The position numbers and the translations under genes were made by a program. Below, piece by piece: positions 59,259 to 64,000 of a stretch of DNA of 64,000 nt (position 1 is its first letter; every line of letters starts with the position of its first letter). The DNA is from a bacterium (GTDB lineage Bacteria; UBA10199; 2-02-FULL-44-16; JAAZCA01), in the NCBI GenBank assembly GCA_963674695.2, contig CAXXGI010000003.1:64001-128000 (forward strand), in the 5' to 3' direction. The notes beneath the pieces are model-generated. The model made no database searches. It was not told the DNA's origin and was given only the letters and a program-made list of their open reading frames with translations.

Positions 59259-59693
59259 ATGACCATCATCGATACCATTGAGAACGAACAGCTGCGCAAG
59301 GGATTGCCCGAGTTTCGCTCGGGAGACACCGTGCGCGTTCATTGCAAAATCCGCGAAGGCGAGAAAGAGCGCATTCAGATCTTCGAAGGCGTTTGCATTC
59401 GTCGCAAGCGTGGTGGCGTGCGCGCGACCTTTACGGTGCTCAAGCGTTCCTTCGGCGTCGGCGTCGAGCGCGTCTTCCCGATGCATTCGCCCGAGGTCGA
59501 TCGCATCGAGGTGGTCAGCCGGGGCAAGGTGCGTCGTTCGCGTCTCTACTATCTGCGCGACCTCACCGGTAAGGCCGCTCGCATCAAGGGTCGCCAGTGG
59601 AAGGGATTGGCCAGTAAGGGAGAGGCTGATGGGAGAGACGAAGCCCCGGCGAAAAAGGATGCGTCAGCCGACGTTGCCACTCCTGCCGAGTGA
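59259..59693 (+). CDS. rplS: 50S ribosomal protein L19
   Basis: F..GDTV.V...I.EG.KERIQ.FEG, GVGVER.FP, G.VRR..LYYLR. Confidence 0.96.
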   Translation: MTIIDTIENEQLRKGLPEFRSGDTVRVHCKIREGEKERIQIFEGVCIRRKRGGVRATFTVLKRSFGVGVERVFPMHSPEVDRIEVVSRGKVRRSRLYYLRDLTGKAARIKGRQWKGLASKGEADGRDEAPAKKDASADVATPAE

Positions 59694-60285
59694 TGGTCCC
59701 TTTTTGTTTGAACGCGCGCTCCGTGTCGACGGCGCCCAGCATGTTGCAGGGCTCGACGAAGCGGGGCGCGGTTGTTTGGCCGGTCCGGTCGTAGCGGCGG
59801 CCGTCATCCTTCCCGATCCCATTCCCATCGACGGCATCAACGATTCCAAGAAACTCAGCCCCCGTAAACGCGAAGAGCTCTTCACGCAGATCTGCGTGCA
59901 TGCGGTGGCCTGGTCGACGGGCCTGGTCGATTCGGTCGAAATCGATCGCATCAATATCCTCGAAGCAGCGCTCAAGGCGATGCGCCTCGCCGTCGATGAC
60001 CTCCCCGTTCAACCCGATCATCTCCTCATCGATGGACCCCACGGTATCGATGCGCCTATTGCCCAAACCGCACTCATCCAGGGCGATTCACGCTCCGTGA
60101 GCATCGCCGCCGCTTCGATCATCGCCAAGGTGACGCGCGATCGCATGATGGTGGCATTCGAGCGCGACTATCCCGCCTTTCGGTTCTCCGCGCACAAGGG
60201 GTATGGCACGGCGGCCCACCTGGCCGAGATCCGCACGCATGGCCCCACGCCGATCCACCGGATGACGTTTCGCGGAGTGCGGTAG
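59659..60285 (+). CDS. rnhB: Ribonuclease HII
   Basis: [41 protein letters not shown]; start inferred. Confidence 0.94.
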   Translation: MRQPTLPLLPSDGPFLFERALRVDGAQHVAGLDEAGRGCLAGPVVAAAVILPDPIPIDGINDSKKLSPRKREELFTQICVHAVAWSTGLVDSVEIDRINILEAALKAMRLAVDDLPVQPDHLLIDGPHGIDAPIAQTALIQGDSRSVSIAAASIIAKVTRDRMMVAFERDYPAFRFSAHKGYGTAAHLAEIRTHGPTPIHRMTFRGVR

Positions 60286-60286
60286 G

Positions 60287-60545
60287 GCCAGTCAGGCGAG
60301 ACAGGCCAGTCAAGCCAGTCAAGCCAGTCAAGCCAGTCAGGTTGACAACATTAGGGCGTGTCCTCATTTGGTAAGGTGTCATTCCCGCGAAAGCGGGAAT
60401 CTCGCTTATTATAACGATAAATCGAGATCCCCGCTTTCGCGGGGATGACAAAAACAAATAATTCTTCGTTTCAAAGAGTTATGATCTTATGAGGACACGC
60501 CCTAATCAAAATCGTTCGCCTGACTCGCCTGACTCGCCTGACTGG
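60287..60545. repeat. Inverted nonamer tandem-repeat element interrupted by a MITE
   Basis: GCCAGTCA(A/G) units ending GTTGACA; right arm CGCCTGACT x3; homolog of 44488-44690. Confidence 0.85.
60354..60502. mobile_element. MITE-like element, family A
   Basis: TIR GGGCGTGTCCTCAT / ATGAGGACACGCCC, TA flanks; 5' part identical to the 22190 copy. Confidence 0.85.
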
Positions 60546-60602
60546 CAATTTTCTTGAACTCTGTACAGTTGCGCGATAGCTCTATCGACAGAGGGGGTTG
60601 CC

Positions 60603-61448
60603 ATGCCGAAGAAAACGACCTTTCACTCCGCCGAGATCGTGGCCGATGCGAGCGGACGCCAATATCACATCGGGTGTGCGCCGGGAGAGGTCGCGCCCAA
60701 CATCCTGCTCTGCGGCGATCCCAAACGCGCGCACCGCGTCGCCTCGTATTTCACGAAAACAAAAGCGCCGATCACCAGCCGCGAGTACGTGATGATCACC
60801 GGCGTCTATAACGGACTGCCCATGACCGTCATGGCCACGGGGATGGGGCCCGACAACACCGAGATCGCGGTCGTGGAACTCTCGCAGATCGTGAAGGACC
60901 CCACCTTCATTCGTATCGGCTCTTCCGGGGCGCTCAAGAAGGGGATCGAGTTGGGCGATCTGGTCGTCTCCACCGGTGCGGTGCGTCTCGAGAACACCTC
61001 CACGCAGTTTGTCGTCGAGGGGTTTCCGGCCGTGGCACATCATGAGGTGGTGCTGGCCCTGCTCGAAGCGGCGCGGGCCAAGGGGTTTCGGTATCATCAG
61101 GGGATCACCGCGACGGCACCGGGATTCTATGGGGCGCAGGGACGCACGGTTCCGGGGTTTCCGCCGCGCGTCTCCGATATTCCCGATCAGCTCGACCGGA
61201 TGAACGTCTCCAATATGGAGATGGAGAGCTCCTGCCTCTTCACACTCGCCACGCTTTCCAACGCGCGCGCGGGTGCGGTCTGTGCGATCTATGCCAATCG
61301 CCACAAGAATAAATTCATCGACACGAAGACCAAGGATGCGGCTGAGCGTCGCTGCATCGAGACGGGGCTCACCGCCTTCGAGGTGCTCGCCCTCATGGAT
61401 CGCGCACGCGGCCGAGAAAAGGGCTGGATTCCGTCGATGGGATTGTAA
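60603..61448 (+). CDS. udp: Uridine phosphorylase family nucleoside phosphorylase
   Basis: QYHI, GDP.R, REY, TGMG, IRIGSSG, FY..QGR, EMESS. Confidence 0.85.
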   Translation: MPKKTTFHSAEIVADASGRQYHIGCAPGEVAPNILLCGDPKRAHRVASYFTKTKAPITSREYVMITGVYNGLPMTVMATGMGPDNTEIAVVELSQIVKDPTFIRIGSSGALKKGIELGDLVVSTGAVRLENTSTQFVVEGFPAVAHHEVVLALLEAARAKGFRYHQGITATAPGFYGAQGRTVPGFPPRVSDIPDQLDRMNVSNMEMESSCLFTLATLSNARAGAVCAIYANRHKNKFIDTKTKDAAERRCIETGLTAFEVLALMDRARGREKGWIPSMGL

Positions 61449-61455
61449 AACCTTG

Positions 61456-61502
61456 TCCGTCGGTTCGTCGGTTTTTACCATCGAACGATCGGACCATCGA
61501 AC
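61456..61502. repeat. Short inverted octamer repeat element
   Basis: CCGTCGGT TCGTCGGT / ACCATCGA ACGATCGG ACCATCGA; same unit family as 47655-47750. Confidence 0.6.
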
Positions 61503-61520
61503 ATCTGTTACGGAGAACAC

Positions 61521-62840
61521 ATGGATCGTTTCATCGGCATCATTGGCATCGTGGCGCTTTTGGCACTCGCTTTTCTCATGTCCAACAACAAGCGCAACAT
61601 CAACCTGCGTACGGTCGGGGTTGGCATTGGGCTGCAGTTCGGCATCGGTGTCTTGCTGCTGAAGTGGCAGCCGGGCAACGAGGGGATGCAGTGGCTGGCG
61701 CAGAAGGTGACGGCCTTTCTCTTTCTCGCCGACCAGGGCACGCAGTTTCTCTTCGGGAAACTCGCCGATCCCAATGCGATGGGGATGTTTGGCTTTCAGT
61801 TTGCCTTTCGGGTGCTGCCCATCATCATCTTCTTCTCCGCCTTCATGGCCGTACTGTATTACATGGGCGTCATGCAGCGCGTCGTGCAGCTCTTCGCCTG
61901 GGTGATGAGTCGGTTGATGAAGACCTCGGGTGCGGAATCGCTGAGTTGTTCGGCCAACATCTTTCTCGGGCAGACCGAGGCGCCGCTGCTCATCCGTCCC
62001 TTTCTCAATCACTGCACGATGTCGGAGCTCAACGCCATCATGGTGGGCGGCTTCGGGACCATTGCGGGAAGCGTCATGGCCGGGTATATCGGCATGGGGA
62101 TTCCCGCCCAGCACATCATCATCGCCTCATCCATGGCGGCACCGGCGTCCCTTATGGTCGCCAAGATCATCTATCCCGAGACGGAGCGCTCCGAGACGGG
62201 CGGCGATCTCCACCTGCCGAAGGTCGATGCGGGTCGCAACCTCCTCGATGCGGCGTCCAAGGGGGTGACCGACGGCCTGCACCTGGCGCTCAACGTGGCG
62301 GCGATGCTCATCGCCTTCATCACGCTCATCGCCCTGGCCGACAAGCTCTTGGGGATCTTCGACCGCTGGCTCGATGGCACGGTCCTGGCCTGGATCGATG
62401 CGCGTCTCTTCGCAGGCAGCCACGGCTGGGGCGCGCTCATGAGCGAGGGGGGGCATGCGGGCTATTTTCCCGGGAGCCTCAAGGTCCTCTTCGGCACGCT
62501 CTTCTCGCCGCTCGCGTTTGTCATGGGTGTCCCGCGTGCGGATATCTTCAACGTCGCGGGGCTCTTGGGCCTCAAGATCACCGTCAACGAGTTCGTGGCC
62601 TACGCCAAGCTCTCCGAGATGATCCGTTCGAACGTCCTCTCGCCGAAGGCGCAGATCATGGCGACCTATATGCTCTGCGGTTTTGCCAACTTCGCCTCCA
62701 TCGGCATCCAGATCGGCGGCATCTCCGCGCTCGCCCCCGACCGCCGCGCCGACCTCGCGCAACTCGGCCTTCGCACCATGCTCGGCGGTGCGATCGTCTC
62801 CTGTCTCACGGCCACGATTGCAGGACTGCTTCTGGGGTAG
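61521..62840 (+). CDS. Concentrative nucleoside transporter (NupC/CNT family)
   Basis: FAF.VLP.IIF.S, NIFLGQTEAPL.IRP, TIAGSV, NEFVAY, LCGFANF.SIGI. Confidence 0.93.
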   Translation: MDRFIGIIGIVALLALAFLMSNNKRNINLRTVGVGIGLQFGIGVLLLKWQPGNEGMQWLAQKVTAFLFLADQGTQFLFGKLADPNAMGMFGFQFAFRVLPIIIFFSAFMAVLYYMGVMQRVVQLFAWVMSRLMKTSGAESLSCSANIFLGQTEAPLLIRPFLNHCTMSELNAIMVGGFGTIAGSVMAGYIGMGIPAQHIIIASSMAAPASLMVAKIIYPETERSETGGDLHLPKVDAGRNLLDAASKGVTDGLHLALNVAAMLIAFITLIALADKLLGIFDRWLDGTVLAWIDARLFAGSHGWGALMSEGGHAGYFPGSLKVLFGTLFSPLAFVMGVPRADIFNVAGLLGLKITVNEFVAYAKLSEMIRSNVLSPKAQIMATYMLCGFANFASIGIQIGGISALAPDRRADLAQLGLRTMLGGAIVSCLTATIAGLLLG

Positions 62841-62849
62841 GGGGATGTT

Positions 62850-64000
62850 TCAGAAGCGCGGATTCGCCAGTACGAACCGTTCGATTTGTTCATTTCGCTG
62901 GTCCCGTTGGTAACGCTCCTGCCCGCCTTTCTGCAGGTACGTGACGATCGGCAGCAGACGCTGCAGAACGATGTGCGCAAGCGCGGACCCATTCGTGAAT
63001 TTCGGAAACGTTCCCGCCCAGGGCGAATGCACCAGATGGTGTGCGGCCGATTCCGGCTCGGCCCGCTGACCTTGCGGAATGAGATAGGGAAGCATCCGGG
63101 CGCGCATTGTTGAACCCTCTACATTCAACGTCGCTGCACCCACATCGATCAGCCGATCGACGATCCGTTCGAGATGATCGTTTCCAATCCATTCAGCGGG
63201 AAAGAAGGGGCCGTCCGAACCGATGCGCACGAGCTTGTGGGTTGGGCGATATGGTGCGATTCCCCTCCGGGTGAAGAGCGATCGGACGTCGATCTCCCGT
63301 TCCCGTTTGCGGCCGGAAACGATATAGTACCGTTCCCGCGCGCACGTCTCCGGGCTGACGCGCGAAATGCCCGTGACGTCCAGCTCCAGGCCGGCGCGCA
63401 ACAGGTGTTGGCGATACCGATCGGCGTGGAGCGAGCGCAGAAAGCTCCCGGCTCCAACCTTCCACATCAGGAAAAACTCACCGCCGATGCGCAGGCTGTC
63501 GACGACGTTTTGCATCACGCCCAGCTGATCGCGATCATAGAAACTGGCGAAGATCGAGTAGGCCAACTCAAACGTCGACGATGGGAGAACGGCTTTGCTC
63601 GCGGGCAGCGGTGGATGTACGACGTCCATGACGCCCTCGAGCTCACCGTAGGCGGGGCTCGATTCATGTATTTCGATGTCGTCGTCATAGACCGCTTTGA
63701 GTCCTGCGGCGACCAGGCGTTGCCCTGCGCCCAGCTCCAGGATCGCTGCCGGGCCGTCGAGACCGCGCGCTCGTCTGCGCTCGATGGCGCGGTGCGCCGC
63801 CAGTGAGAGCGGACCAGTCTGTGCGGGCCACATGACCCCGTCGGCTTGATGCAGGGTACGCGTCTCCATCCAGCCGAGCATATGGTGTTTGAGCCATTGT
63901 CCCCCCGTGCTGGTGGTCGGGCGAAAGTGCGCGGGCTTTTCGATGTGCGGGAAGGCGAAGTCGCGTTCATGCAGCAGCGCTTGAGCTACCTCCGCTTCCG
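62850..64000 (-). CDS. Protein with class I SAM-methyltransferase-like domain (5' end beyond window)
   Basis: ILELGAGQ, LP..TFEL.YS, L.IGGEF; frame stays open from 63881 to the window end. Confidence 0.55.
   Translation of the reverse strand, partial: EAEVAQALLHERDFAFPHIEKPAHFRPTTSTGGQWLKHHMLGWMETRTLHQADGVMWPAQTGPLSLAAHRAIERRRARGLDGPAAILELGAGQRLVAAGLKAVYDDDIEIHESSPAYGELEGVMDVVHPPLPASKAVLPSSTFELAYSIFASFYDRDQLGVMQNVVDSLRIGGEFFLMWKVGAGSFLRSLHADRYRQHLLRAGLELDVTGISRVSPETCARERYYIVSGRKREREIDVRSLFTRRGIAPYRPTHKLVRIGSDGPFFPAEWIGNDHLERIVDRLIDVGAATLNVEGSTMRARMLPYLIPQGQRAEPESAAHHLVHSPWAGTFPKFTNGSALAHIVLQRLLPIVTYLQKGGQERYQRDQRNEQIERFVLANPRF

Noticed and set aside
59278-59658. Apparent long N-terminal domain on RNase HII
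   Set aside because: Alternate-frame read-through of rplS

Overview
GC-rich bacterial chromosomal segment with deltaproteobacteria-like gene order. It contains the distal part of a type II secretion operon (gspE-F-G-H-I-J-K-L-M-N), then ftsB-like/ruvB/ruvA/ruvC/yebC/pilT, then a second, MSHA-like type IV pilus locus with one major pilin and two tandem minor-pilin cassettes. After that come gltX, several orphan and membrane genes, ilvC/panD, yceD-rpmF-acpP-rpiB-glyA-nrdR-ribD-ribE-ribBA-ribH-nusB-ispH, glmM, ffh-rpsP-khpA-rimM-trmD-rplS-rnhB and udp-nupC. I found no rRNA, tRNA, CRISPR array or transposase. The most unusual signals are four. (1) The acyl carrier protein has Thr in place of the phosphopantetheine-accepting Ser, in a locus that lacks the usual plsX/fab genes. 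(2) Repeat elements sit in-frame in the cleavable leaders of three consecutive pseudopilins. (3) About 15 short 7-, 8- and 9-mer tandem arrays, many as inverted pairs, occupy gene junctions, alongside MITE-like elements that share one palindromic core but have different ends. (4) The two minor-pilin cassettes end in candidate tip proteins with 1 versus 3 copies of an unrecognised Cys-pair domain. All calls come from reading motifs by eye; no database searches were run.
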